Shown piece by piece: positions 1-9,885 of a DNA stretch of 64,000 bases (its first letter is position 1; each line of letters starts with the position of its first letter). The translations under genes and the position numbers were made by a program. The notes under the pieces are model-generated. The model did no database searches and was not told the DNA's origin. It was given only the letters and a program-made list of their open reading frames with translations. The DNA comes from Candidatus Marinacidobacterium sp. (lineage in GTDB: Bacteria; Acidobacteriota; Vicinamibacteria; Marinacidobacterales; Marinacidobacteraceae), in contig OZ244852.1 in the NCBI GenBank assembly GCA_965220965.1, positions 2,464,001 to 2,528,000 on the forward strand, written 5' to 3'.

Positions 1-10
1 CACAACCCGG

Positions 11-1933
11 ATGTCCGCGGCGACGCGGGCCGCGTTCGAACTCGCGGAGGCGGCCCGGGAGACCGGCTGGCGGTACCCCACCTTCGCCGGGGGGCTGTTC
101 CTCGGGAGGCTGACGACCGACATCGTTCGTCCCTATCCGGACGCCGGGAGCGAGCCCGAGGGCGAAGCGTTCCTGAAGCGCCTCGAAGCGTTCCTGCTGG
201 AGTCGGTGGATGCCGACCAGATCGATCGCACCGGGGAGATCCCGGATGACGTGGTTGCGGCGCTCGCCCGGATGGGAGCGTTCGGGATCAAGATCCCGAA
301 GAAGTACGGCGGCCTCGGCCTGTCGCAGCGCACCTACACCCGTTCGGCGATTCTGCTGGGGAGCCACTGCGGGAGCCTGGCCTCGCTGATTTCGGCGCAC
401 CAGTCGATCGGGATCGCCCAGCCGATCCTGCTGTTCGGAACCGAGGCGCAGAAGGCGGAGTTCCTGCCGCGGGTGGCCGCGGGCGACCTCTCGGCGTTCG
501 CGCTCACCGAAGTCTCGGTCGGATCCGACGCCGCCCGGATGGAGGCCCGCGCCGAACCCACGCCCGACGGTCGCCACTTCATCCTGAACGGCGAAAAGCT
601 CTGGTGCACGAACGGGACGAAGGCGCGCTGGCTCGTCGTCATGGCCCGAACGCCGGCCTCCGAAGCGGGAGGCCGCAGCGGGATCACGACCTTCATCGTG
701 GACACCCGCTGGCCGGGCGTCGAGGTGGTTCGCCGCTGCCACTTCATGGGCCTCAGGGCGCTCTACAACGGGGTCATGCGGTTCACCGACGTCCGGATTC
801 CCCGGGAGAACGTGCTCGGACCGGTGGGGAAGGGGCTGCGGGTCGCGCTCACGACGCTGAACACCGGACGCCTCACCCTGCCCGGGATCTGCATCGGGAC
901 CGCGAAGCGCTCGCTCTACATCGCCCGCACCTGGGCCCGGGAGCGCGTCCAGTGGGGAGCGCCCATCGGGACGCACGCCGCGATCGCCGACAAGATCGGG
1001 CGGATGGCGGCGACCACCTTCGCCATGGACGCCATGTCGGACCTGACCTCGCTGCTCGTGGACATTGGCGGCGCGGACATCCGGATCGAAGCGGCGATCT
1101 CCAAGATGTACGCCAGCGAAGCGGCGTGGCGCATCGCCGACGAGACGGTCCAGGTGCTCGGCGGGCGCGGGTACGAGACCGCCGCTTCGCTCGCCGCCCG
1201 GGGGGAACGCCCCTACCCGGCGGAGCGGACGCTGCGCGACAACCGGATCAACACGATCTTCGAAGGCTCGAGCGAGATCCTTCGCCTGTTCATCGCTCGC
1301 GAGGTCCTGGACCCGCACCTGACCCGGGCCGGCATCGTGCTGAACCGGTCGGCGCCGTTCGGTCGCCGGCTCGGGGCCGCTCTCCGCGCCGGCCTCTTCT
1401 ATGTCCCCTGGTACCTGCGTCTGTGGATCCCGGCGGCGGCCCCGGGGGGCGGGGCGGCGTGGGCGAGGCGGCATCTCCGGTTCGTTGCGAGGGCCAGCAA
1501 GCGGCTGGCGCGCAGCCTCTTCCACGCCATGGTCCGGCACGGGCAGGGCCTCGAGCGGAAGCAGATCCAGTTGGGCCGGTTCGTGGATTTCGGGGCGGAG
1601 CTCTACGCCCAGGTCGCCGCGGTGGTGCGGGCCGAGGCGCTCCTTGCGCGCGGCGCGGACGAAGCCGAGGTGCTTCCGCTGGTCGAGGCGTTCTGCGCCG
1701 GGTCGAGGACCCGGGTCAGCGCGATCCGGCGGGCCATCCGCCGGAACGACGACCGGCAGACCTACGAGCTCGCCCAGGACTTCCTGGCCGACGGCCATCC
1801 GTTCCCGACCCTGCTCGATGGGCGAGTCCCGAACCGGTATGACGCGCCCGGAGACAGCCCCGCGGGCGCGGCGAAGCGCCCCGGCGCCCGGCCGGAGCCC
1901 GAGCGGGCCGCGCGGACTCCCGTCGCGGTTTGA
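11..1933 (+). CDS. Acyl-CoA dehydrogenase (long ACAD9/VLCAD-like form); may extend 5' of the window
   Basis: Motifs AFALTE..GSD, LNGEKLWCTNG, GGRGY and IFEGSSEI. No in-frame stop upstream of the ATG within the window. Confidence 0.92.
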   Translation: MSAATRAAFELAEAARETGWRYPTFAGGLFLGRLTTDIVRPYPDAGSEPEGEAFLKRLEAFLLESVDADQIDRTGEIPDDVVAALARMGAFGIKIPKKYGGLGLSQRTYTRSAILLGSHCGSLASLISAHQSIGIAQPILLFGTEAQKAEFLPRVAAGDLSAFALTEVSVGSDAARMEARAEPTPDGRHFILNGEKLWCTNGTKARWLVVMARTPASEAGGRSGITTFIVDTRWPGVEVVRRCHFMGLRALYNGVMRFTDVRIPRENVLGPVGKGLRVALTTLNTGRLTLPGICIGTAKRSLYIARTWARERVQWGAPIGTHAAIADKIGRMAATTFAMDAMSDLTSLLVDIGGADIRIEAAISKMYASEAAWRIADETVQVLGGRGYETAASLAARGERPYPAERTLRDNRINTIFEGSSEILRLFIAREVLDPHLTRAGIVLNRSAPFGRRLGAALRAGLFYVPWYLRLWIPAAAPGGGAAWARRHLRFVARASKRLARSLFHAMVRHGQGLERKQIQLGRFVDFGAELYAQVAAVVRAEALLARGADEAEVLPLVEAFCAGSRTRVSAIRRAIRRNDDRQTYELAQDFLADGHPFPTLLDGRVPNRYDAPGDSPAGAAKRPGARPEPERAARTPVAV

Positions 1934-2922
1934 GCCTGGCGTTCGCTTCGCGCCAGGCCTGGATCCGCCTGCCGGCGGCGGCGATCCTGCTGGCGGCCGC
2001 CGCCGGGTGCGGGTCGGAAATACCCCGGCGGGTCTGGCTGGACGTGGATCCGGCGGTCATGCGGGGCGGGCATGAGCCGGATGACGGGGTCGCGATGGTC
2101 CAGGCGTTCCAGTCGCCGGAGATCCAGGTCGTGGGCGTCAGCGTTGTCTTCGGGAACGCCCCGGTCGCGACCGGGTTTCCGATCGCCCGCGAGATCGCGG
2201 CCCGTTTCGGTCCGCCGCGACTCGGCGTCCACCGGGGAGCGGCGGGTGCGTCCCGGGAAGTGACCGACGCGGTCCGGGCCCTTATCGAGGCGCTCGACCG
2301 GGAGCCGCTCACGCTGCTCGTGCTGGGCCCGGCGACGAACCTCGCTTCCGCGCTCCTCATGCGGCCTGACCTCGCCCGGCGGATCGAGGCCGCGATCCTG
2401 GTCGTCGGGCGAGAGGAGGGCGAGGCGCTGACCTTCCCGGGGAGCCCGGAGCGCTTTCCCGACTTCAACTTCGAACTCGACCCGGAGGCGGTCGAGGTCC
2501 TCCTCGAGAGCGGCGCTCCCGTGGTGCTCGCCCCCTTCGGTCTGGCGGTCCGGGCTCCGGTGCGCGCCGAGGATTGGAGCGCGCTGGAGGGCGCGCCGTT
2601 CTGGGACTTTTTCGGCGGACCCATCGAGGATTACCTCGACTGGTTCGAGGAAGCGACCGGACGTCGGGCCACGTATCCGTTCGATTCGTTCGCCGTTTCG
2701 AGCGTGGTGGCCCCAGGCCTCCTCCGCTGCGACCCCGCGAACGCGACGCTCGTCGATGGCCCGGCGGATGCGTCCGGGGACGCGGGGGACCTGAAGCCCT
2801 GGCTCGTGCTCTCGCGCGCCGGAGGAGCCCTCTCGCCGGACAGTTGGCCAGTGACCTGGTGCCACACCCCGGCGGCGGGACTCCGCGAGGATCTCCTTCG
2901 CCGCCTTCGGGGGGAGTCGTGA
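1930..2922 (+). CDS. Nucleoside hydrolase (IU-NH family), probable lipoprotein
   Basis: Motifs WLDVDP...DDG, VFGN, LGPATN and FNFELDPEA. N-terminal hydrophobic stretch ending AAGC. TTGA overlap with the upstream stop. Confidence 0.82.
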   Translation: MSLAFASRQAWIRLPAAAILLAAAAGCGSEIPRRVWLDVDPAVMRGGHEPDDGVAMVQAFQSPEIQVVGVSVVFGNAPVATGFPIAREIAARFGPPRLGVHRGAAGASREVTDAVRALIEALDREPLTLLVLGPATNLASALLMRPDLARRIEAAILVVGREEGEALTFPGSPERFPDFNFELDPEAVEVLLESGAPVVLAPFGLAVRAPVRAEDWSALEGAPFWDFFGGPIEDYLDWFEEATGRRATYPFDSFAVSSVVAPGLLRCDPANATLVDGPADASGDAGDLKPWLVLSRAGGALSPDSWPVTWCHTPAAGLREDLLRRLRGES

Positions 2923-2953
2923 GTCGCCATGCGGGGCGCGCGCGGCTCGGGGA

Positions 2954-3082
2954 TCCGAGCGAAACGCAACGATGAGCGCCCCGAAGGGGCGTGGTTCGGA
3001 CGGGCCGCTCTTCCCGGTGGGGGCGATCGCCGTTCGAGCCCCTACCGGGAGAACCGGGCCGCGGGACTCTGTCAACGGGCTG
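2954..3082 (+). mobile_element. Partial copy of a MITE-like repeat (one terminal inverted repeat only)
   Basis: Shares tccgagcgaaacgcaacgatgagcgccccgaaggggcgtggttcgg and the terminus gact(c/t)tgtcaacgggctg with the reverse complement of the 36378-36575 element. Confidence 0.75.
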
Positions 3083-3106
3083 CTAAATTCGTCGCTTCCG
3101 CCGGGA

Positions 3107-3183
3107 GCGCCTGTAGCTCAGTGGATTAGAGCGCTTGCCTCCGGAGCAAGAAGTCAGAGGTTCGAATCCTCTCAGGCGTACCA
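3107..3183 (+). tRNA. tRNA-Arg(CCG)
   Basis: Cloverleaf with D arm TAGCTCAGTGGA, anticodon arm CTTGC-CTCCGGA-GCAAG, T loop GGTTCGAATCC and 3' CCA. Confidence 0.97.
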
Positions 3184-3231
3184 GCGGGGGCCGGGCCGGC
3201 GTCAGCCGGTTCCCGGCGCCGCACATCGCGT

Positions 3232-3308
<77 letters not shown>

Positions 3309-3349
3309 CGCGGGCGGACCCGCCGCCCGGCCCCGACGGGCCGCCCCGC

Positions 3350-4720
3350 ATGGCGTCCCCGCCTCCTTCTGTCGTGCCCGTTTCCCCGTCCCCGGCGAAG
3401 CCGTCCGGGCCCGACCCGGCGACCCTCCGGCGCCGGATTCTCATCCGCTCGCCGGAGATCCGCATCAAGGGGCGGAACCGGGCCTCGTTCCGGGAGGCGC
3501 TGAAGCGCAACCTGGGACGGCGGCTCCTGCCGCTGGGGCGGGGCTGGCGGGCGAGTTCCGCGGGAGATCGCGTCTGGGTCGAGGTCCCCGGCGTCGAGGA
3601 AGCCGACCTCGATCGGGCGCTCGATGCGGTGCGCACGGTCTTCGGCGTCCAGCTCGCGCTTCCCGCGTTCGTTCTGCCCCGCGCCGATGAGGGCGGCCCC
3701 GTGCCGGCGGAGCGACTGGCGGGTGATGCGCTCGAATTGACCTGCCGGCTGGCGTCGGCGGGGCCACCCTCTCCCGGAGCCGGCTTCGCGCTGCGGGTTC
3801 GCCGCCGGGACAAGAGTTTTCCGGCGCCATCGCAGCGCCTCGCCGATGACATCGGGCGAGCCGTGCTGGACCGGACGCCCTGGGAACGGGTGGATCTCGA
3901 CGATCCCGCGTTCACGGTATGGATCGAGGCGCACAAGGAGGCGGTCTATGTCTGGACCCGCCGCGTCAGCGGCCCCGGAGGTCTCCCCGTCGGCGCCGCC
4001 AGCCGGCTGCTTGCGCTCCTCTCCGGCGGGTTCGATTCGCCGGTCGCCGCGTGGATGGTGGGAGGGCGCGGCTGCCCGGTGGACTTCGTGCATCTGACGC
4101 CCGGACGGCCTGACCCGGAAGAGCCGTCGTCCCGGAAGGCCATCGCGCTGGTCCGGTCGCTGAGCCGGTTCACCGGGCTATCCCGGCTCGTGCTCGTGCC
4201 CTACACCCGCTTCGATCTCGGCCTGGTCGGCAGCCGCACCGGGTACGAGGCGCTCCTGTTCCGCCGGTTCGCCTTCCGCTGCGGAGAGGCCGTCGCGCGC
4301 CGGTTCGGCGCGGGCGCGCTCGTCACCGGCGACAGCCTGTCCCAGGTCGCCTCGCAGACCCTCGAAAACCTCATCAGCGCCGACCGCGCGGTGACGATGC
4401 CGGTGCTGCGTCCCCTGATCGGGATGGACAAGGCGGCCATCATGGGGCGCGCGGAAGCGATCGGCACCTGGCCTCTCTCGGCGGTTCCGGCCAAGGATTG
4501 CTGCGCGCTGATTTCCCGCGCTCCCCGGACCCGCTCCCGCCCCCGAAGGGTCGCCCAACTCGACCGCCGGCTCTTTCCCGACCCGGTGGCGCTCGTTCGG
4601 GAGTCGCTCGCCGAATCGCTGGTCGGCGCATTCGAGTTCGGGGAGCTCGCCGAACCGTTTGTTCCCCCTCCGCGGTTCGCTGCCTCGCCCGTCCGGGAGC
4701 CCGCCTCCGCCGCCCCCTGA
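3350..4720 (+). CDS. thiI: tRNA 4-thiouridine synthase (THUMP + PP-loop, no rhodanese domain)
   Basis: Motifs EIRIKGRNR, GGLPVG, LLSGGFDSPVA, GDSLSQVASQTLEN, RPLIGMDK and DCC. Confidence 0.92.
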   Translation: MASPPPSVVPVSPSPAKPSGPDPATLRRRILIRSPEIRIKGRNRASFREALKRNLGRRLLPLGRGWRASSAGDRVWVEVPGVEEADLDRALDAVRTVFGVQLALPAFVLPRADEGGPVPAERLAGDALELTCRLASAGPPSPGAGFALRVRRRDKSFPAPSQRLADDIGRAVLDRTPWERVDLDDPAFTVWIEAHKEAVYVWTRRVSGPGGLPVGAASRLLALLSGGFDSPVAAWMVGGRGCPVDFVHLTPGRPDPEEPSSRKAIALVRSLSRFTGLSRLVLVPYTRFDLGLVGSRTGYEALLFRRFAFRCGEAVARRFGAGALVTGDSLSQVASQTLENLISADRAVTMPVLRPLIGMDKAAIMGRAEAIGTWPLSAVPAKDCCALISRAPRTRSRPRRVAQLDRRLFPDPVALVRESLAESLVGAFEFGELAEPFVPPPRFAASPVREPASAAP

Positions 4721-4779
4721 GGCAGCGTGGGCCGCGCCACCGCCGCGTCATGAAGTGCGGCGGTACACTCGATCCCGCC

Positions 4780-5340
4780 ATGTTGCGCAGCGCCCTCGTC
4801 GTGCTGGCCGCGGGCTGTCTCGCGGCGGCGGATCCGGCTGCGGCCCAGGCGCCGCGGCGTCCCCCCGAGCCGTTCGCGGTGTTCGTGGAGACCGTCGAGA
4901 CCGGAGAAACGGAACGCGACGAGGAGCTCCGGGAAGTGGAAGCGGTGGTCCGGGACCGGGTGCGTCGCCGGGGAAACTGGTTCCGGTTGGCCGAGGACCG
5001 GGAGCAGGCGGCGCTGACCCTCCGGATCACGAATTACCGGCGGGTCCAGCGGATGATCCCCAAGCTGGAGCGGCTCATCCTGAACGGGCAGGTGCAGATG
5101 GTGGAGCGCAGCGAAATCATCGAGGTCCACTACGTGGATGCGCTCGCCGCCGCGCCCCGGGTCGCGGGTCTCCGCGAGTCCCTCACCGGGCTGGACGAGC
5201 GGGAGCAGGGCCCCAGTCTGCGGAATGCGGCGGGCCACCTTGCGGAGCAGCTCGAGGACTTTGTGAAGGAGCACTACGAGGCGGTGACGGGTTCGGGACC
5301 GCCCTCGTCGCCTGGGCTTCCGGCTCCGCAGCCGCAGTAG
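4780..5340 (+). CDS. Hypothetical exported protein
   Basis: Signal-peptide-like N-terminus (MLRSALVVLAAG...AAAQ), host-like codon usage, and TACACT 10 nt upstream of the ATG. Confidence 0.7.
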   Translation: MLRSALVVLAAGCLAAADPAAAQAPRRPPEPFAVFVETVETGETERDEELREVEAVVRDRVRRRGNWFRLAEDREQAALTLRITNYRRVQRMIPKLERLILNGQVQMVERSEIIEVHYVDALAAAPRVAGLRESLTGLDEREQGPSLRNAAGHLAEQLEDFVKEHYEAVTGSGPPSSPGLPAPQPQ

Positions 5341-5452
5341 AGTCCGTCGTTCCCGTGAGGGAGCCCGGCCCGGCGGTCGCACTGCGCCTGTCGCGCCGGA
5401 AGCGAGCCGCCGCGGTCCCAGGGTTGCGGCGAAGGAACCCGAGGGAGCCGCG

Positions 5453-6982
5453 TTGTTCCAACCAGTAAAGCGCACCCGCGCGCCGCTCGGCGCGCTTCTC
5501 ATGAGCGGCGGTCTGCTGGCCGGGCTTCTCATCGTCCCGGCGTGCGGTTCCCCCGAACCGGTTCGGGCCAGGAACGTCATCCTGTTCGTCGGGGACGGGT
5601 TCGGCATGAATCATCTGGCTCTCGGATACGCAGCGGCGACCGAGCTGGACGGGCGTTCCTTCCGGATCACCGAACTGGGCGAGGCCGGCGTCACCGGCTA
5701 TTCCATGCCCTTCGCCTACGACCGGATCACGACCGACTCGGCGGCGGCGGCGTCTCAGATGGCGACCGGGCGCCGGGCGCTCGCCGAGACGCTGAGCGTG
5801 GACCCCGGGACCGCCGAACCGATCCCCACGGTTCTCGAATGGGCCGAGGAGGTCGGTCTCGCCACCGGGCTCGTGTCGAACATGTCGCTTACGCACGCCA
5901 CTCCGGCGGCGTTCAAGGTCCACGCCCGGTCGCGTTACGTTCCGGAATCGGAACTCGCCGATCAGCTCTTCGCGCCACCCGAGGTCGAGGTGCTGCTCGG
6001 CGGGGGCGGCCGCGCCATGGTCCCGGCCGGAACGAGCGTCTCGGCGAGCGTTCCCTCCGTCCGGGAAGGTGTTGACGGGACCTCGAACCGGGCCGACGAT
6101 CGCGATCTCATCGCGGAGGCCGCGGCGCGCGGCTACACCGTCGTCGGCGACCGCGCCGGACTCTCGGACGCCCGGGGCGCGCCGAGACTCCTGGGGATCT
6201 TCGCCGCGAGGCATCTCCCCTACGTCCTCGACCGCACCTATGAGGGGCTCGACGAGGCAGTGCCGACGCTGGCGGAACTCACCGACGCCGCGATCGCTTC
6301 GCTCGACGGCGCGGGCACCGGCTTCTTCCTCCTCGTGGAGGGCGGCCGGATCGACTACGCCGGTCACGACAACGACGCCGGCGCGATGCTGGCCGAAATC
6401 CATGATTTCGACGAGGCCGTGGGCGTAGCGTTCGATTTCGCGCGGGAGCGCACCGACACGCTGGTGCTCGTCACCGGCGACCACGGCACCGGCGGGTTCT
6501 CCTTCACTTACGGCCCCGGGGGACCAGGGCCACTGCCGGAGACGATCGCCTGGGATTACCGGGCGGGTCCGGAAATGGCCGGTCGCCGGCACCTCGAGCT
6601 GCTCTCCCGGCAGCGTCGGTCGCTGATCGAGGCCATGCAGGACGTGGAGCAGCCCGCCACGACCGCGTCCGTGCTTTCCGTAGTCGAGGACGCGACCGGG
6701 ATCCGGCTGACCGACGAGGAAGCGGCCGACCTCGCGGAGCAATTGAACCTCGATCAGCCGACCACCCGTGACTTCTCGACCTTCTACCTCGATTCGTTCT
6801 CGGTCCCGGTGGCACTCGCCGCCCGCAAACTGGGGAATCACACCCAGGTCGTCTGGTCCACCGGAGGCCACACCTCGGAGCCGGTGCTGCTGTTCGGCTT
6901 CGGGCCGGGCGCGGACGGCGTCGGTGGCTTCGCCCTGAACACCCGCGTCCACGACATCATCCGCCGCGCCCTCGGCGGCTGA
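5453..6982 (+). CDS. Alkaline phosphatase (PhoA family), probable lipoprotein; start may be 5501
   Basis: Motifs VILFVGDG, TDSAAAA, THATPA, LVEGGRIDYAGH, GDHGTGG and GHT. Confidence 0.92.
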   Translation: MFQPVKRTRAPLGALLMSGGLLAGLLIVPACGSPEPVRARNVILFVGDGFGMNHLALGYAAATELDGRSFRITELGEAGVTGYSMPFAYDRITTDSAAAASQMATGRRALAETLSVDPGTAEPIPTVLEWAEEVGLATGLVSNMSLTHATPAAFKVHARSRYVPESELADQLFAPPEVEVLLGGGGRAMVPAGTSVSASVPSVREGVDGTSNRADDRDLIAEAAARGYTVVGDRAGLSDARGAPRLLGIFAARHLPYVLDRTYEGLDEAVPTLAELTDAAIASLDGAGTGFFLLVEGGRIDYAGHDNDAGAMLAEIHDFDEAVGVAFDFARERTDTLVLVTGDHGTGGFSFTYGPGGPGPLPETIAWDYRAGPEMAGRRHLELLSRQRRSLIEAMQDVEQPATTASVLSVVEDATGIRLTDEEAADLAEQLNLDQPTTRDFSTFYLDSFSVPVALAARKLGNHTQVVWSTGGHTSEPVLLFGFGPGADGVGGFALNTRVHDIIRRALGG

Positions 6983-7065
6983 ACTCCTCCCGGCGTGAGC
7001 GGGGTGGCCCCTTGGGCGTCGCTTCCCGCCGCCTGGCTGATGGGGCTGCCGTTACGATGGCGGCA

Positions 7066-8268
7066 ATGGATGCCCGGGCGATCACCAGGGTCGTCCTGCG
7101 CAACTACAAGAGCATTGGCGCCTGCGACGTGCGCCCCGAGCGGCTCACCCTGCTGGTGGGCGCGAACGGGTCGGGCAAGAGCAATTTCCTCGATGCCCTG
7201 AACTTCGTCGCCCAGGCGCTGCGCTTCTCGCTCGAGCATGCGCTTCGGGAGCGCGGTGGAATCGGGGACGTGCGTCGCCGATCCCGCGGTCATCCGAACC
7301 ACTTCTCGATCGGGCTTCAGATGAGCCTGGCCGAGGGCAAGGCCTCCTACGATGTCCGCCTTGGCGCGCGGCCTCGGGGCGAGTACCGGGTTCAGCACGA
7401 AGAGTGTCGGGTGCAGTCGACGGATCCCGCGAAGAGTGGCTACTTCATCGTCCGCGATGGCGAGATCACCGACGCCTTCACCGGCCAGCTTCCTCCGGTC
7501 GGCGGGTCCGACCGGCTGTACCTGCTGGCGGCGTCGAGTCACCCGGTGTTTCGGCCGGTCTACGACCTGCTGTCGAAGATGGCCTTCTACAACCTGGAGC
7601 CGCGTCGGATCCGGGATCTGCAGCCCTCGGCGCCGGCGGATCTCCTGAATCCCGACGGCGGCAACATCGCGAGCGTTTTCGCCGCTCTTCAGTCGCGGGA
7701 CCCGGCGCGCGCCGAACGAATCGTCCGGTATGTGTCGTCGATCGCTCCGGGCACGGTGGGGGTGGAGACCAGGGCTTTCGGACACATGCTGACCCTCGAG
7801 TTTCGCCAGCGCGTCCGCGGCGACGAACACCCGTGGCGGTTCCTGGCGCACAACGTGTCGGATGGAACACTGCGCGCGTTCGGAGTCCTCGTCGCTCTGC
7901 ACCAGAACGGCGCCGGCGCTTCCCCAGCGGGCCGGGTCGTGGGCATTGAAGAGCCCGAGAACGCACTGCATCCGGCTGCCGCGGAGACGCTGATGGATGT
8001 CCTTCTGGAGGCCAGTCAACAGACCCAGGTATTCGTCACGACGCATAGCGCGGACCTGCTGGACCAGAAGGCGCTTCCCGTGGATTCCCTGCTGGCGGTG
8101 GCGACCGAAGACGGCGCCACCAGATTGGCCCCCGTGGATGAGAGGGGCCGGGAGATCCTCAAGGACGGGCTGTCGACGCCCGGCGAACTGCTGCGCATGG
8201 ATCTCCTCCAGCCGGCGCCGGGCGAGGCTTCGACTTCTCCCACAGGCCTCTTCGCGCCGTTGACCTGA
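7066..8268 (+). CDS. AAA_21/SMC-like ABC-class ATPase
   Basis: RNYKSI, Walker A GANGSGKSN, signature VSDGT, Walker B IEEPEN.LHP and H-loop TTHS. Confidence 0.9.
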   Translation: MDARAITRVVLRNYKSIGACDVRPERLTLLVGANGSGKSNFLDALNFVAQALRFSLEHALRERGGIGDVRRRSRGHPNHFSIGLQMSLAEGKASYDVRLGARPRGEYRVQHEECRVQSTDPAKSGYFIVRDGEITDAFTGQLPPVGGSDRLYLLAASSHPVFRPVYDLLSKMAFYNLEPRRIRDLQPSAPADLLNPDGGNIASVFAALQSRDPARAERIVRYVSSIAPGTVGVETRAFGHMLTLEFRQRVRGDEHPWRFLAHNVSDGTLRAFGVLVALHQNGAGASPAGRVVGIEEPENALHPAAAETLMDVLLEASQQTQVFVTTHSADLLDQKALPVDSLLAVATEDGATRLAPVDERGREILKDGLSTPGELLRMDLLQPAPGEASTSPTGLFAPLT

Positions 8269-8271
8269 TTC

Positions 8272-8859
8272 GTGCCCGAGACGGTCTGCATCGTCCCGAT
8301 CGTTGAAGGCAGGGGAGAGGTGGCTGCTACGCCGATTCTCATTCGGCGGATCGCGGAGGCTGTGGCGCCGTCCGTAACCGTGATGGTGCGTCCGCCGATT
8401 CGGGTCCCCCGCGATCGCTTTCTCCGGAAGGACGGCGAACTCGAGCGCTATCTCGACATGGCCGTCGTCCACGGCGGCGGCGAGGCGGGCATCCTCATCC
8501 TCCTTGACGCCGACAGCGACTGCCCCGGAGCTCTTGGCCCCGAGGTGTTGGAGCGCGCGTCAACGGCTCGTCCGGACAAGAACATTGCGGTCGTCTTCGC
8601 CAAGTGCGAATACGAGACCTGGTTCCTCGCGGCGCTCGAATCCCTGACGCCCGGGTCGGCGCAACCTCCGGATGATGTCGAGGCGATCCGCGGCGCCAAG
8701 GAAAGGCTACGGAGGCTGATGCAGTCGCAGTACAGCCCGACAGCTGACCAGGCCAGGTTGACCGCGCGTTTCGACATGAGCGTCGCCCGTTCGCGTTCGC
8801 GATCGTTCGACAAGCTCTGGCGCGCAGTGGAACAGCTGATGGCGGTGAGTTCCGCCTGA
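8272..8859 (+). CDS. DUF4276-like (TOPRIM-like) protein
   Basis: Motifs IVEGRGE, LLDADSDCP, EYETWFLA and SFDKL. Starts 3 nt after the ATPase stop. Confidence 0.78.
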   Translation: MPETVCIVPIVEGRGEVAATPILIRRIAEAVAPSVTVMVRPPIRVPRDRFLRKDGELERYLDMAVVHGGGEAGILILLDADSDCPGALGPEVLERASTARPDKNIAVVFAKCEYETWFLAALESLTPGSAQPPDDVEAIRGAKERLRRLMQSQYSPTADQARLTARFDMSVARSRSRSFDKLWRAVEQLMAVSSA

Positions 8860-9078
8860 CGGCTTCGGCGCGCTCGCCGGAATCACCCGGCGATCAGGGC
8901 GCGCGCCTCATGTGGACGGTGAGGGCGCCGAACCGTTTGTCCGGGGTGACGATCTGGCAGAGGCTGGTTTCGCCACGGCCGACATCGGGCTCATGGCTCC
9001 GGAGCTGGACCCACTTCAGCAGCCACACCGTGCTCCAGGCTCCCCGCCCAGTCGCCGACGCCGTGGCCGGCTTCCGGA

Positions 9079-9885
9079 TCATCGGGTCCGTCTCCCGTGT
9101 TGGCCTGGTGGTTCGTTGTCCGCCCCGCCAGTCCCCGCCACCAGACTGGCGTCGGAGCGGAGCCGGCGAAGGAGGCGAGAGGCGCCGAGTTCCGGGGCAT
9201 CCACCAGGCGCCGCGCCGCGAGGTTCGTGACGAGGGCGACCGCGAAGCTGACTCCGGAGAAGTTCCGTTCTTTCGGAAGCGGCGGCAGGGGCCGCGCCCA
9301 GGGGGCGGCGACCAGGGTGTCGCCGCGACGGCGGAAGTCTCCCCGCTCCAGTTGATCGTCCGTCTCCACTCCCAGGAGTCCGGGAACGCCATCGAGGCAT
9401 CCGGGGACGAGGGGAGCGCCGCGAGTCGAGGCCGGCGCGATCACGACGCCTCCGGCTTCGCCGGCCTCCTCGACCGCGGCGCGCAGGCGCGCCTCGCCAT
9501 CATCATCGGATCCGACCGGAAGTCCGGCGCTCAGGTTCACCAGACGCGCTCCCCGCGAGATCGCCCACCCGATGCCGGCCGCGAGACAGACCGGGGGCGC
9601 ATCCAGCCGCCTTCCGAAGACGCGCACCGAGAGCAGCTCGAAGCGGGCCTCGGGAAGCCCTTCCGATACAGCGGCCGCCACGGCGGTCCCGTGCCCGATG
9701 CGATCCGCCCAGTCCGCCGGGTGGTGTTCCCCGAGGACCCGCGCGCCGCCGTCCAGTCCGGGGCCGATCCACGCCCCGCCCGCGACCGGCCCCACCTGGC
9801 GATGCGCCGGGTTGATCCCGCTGTCGACGACCGCGATCCGCAGGCGAGGACCTGCGGGGCGGCGTTCCTCCCCGCCTACTCCCAT
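9079..9885 (-). CDS. qhpE: S8 subtilisin-like protease, QHNDH gamma leader peptidase
   Basis: Catalytic triad motifs IAVVDSG, GHGTAVA and SGVSFA. ATG at 9885 overlaps the qhpF end. Operon context. Confidence 0.82.
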   Translation of the reverse strand: MGVGGEERRPAGPRLRIAVVDSGINPAHRQVGPVAGGAWIGPGLDGGARVLGEHHPADWADRIGHGTAVAAAVSEGLPEARFELLSVRVFGRRLDAPPVCLAAGIGWAISRGARLVNLSAGLPVGSDDDGEARLRAAVEEAGEAGGVVIAPASTRGAPLVPGCLDGVPGLLGVETDDQLERGDFRRRGDTLVAAPWARPLPPLPKERNFSGVSFAVALVTNLAARRLVDAPELGASRLLRRLRSDASLVAGTGGADNEPPGQHGRRTR

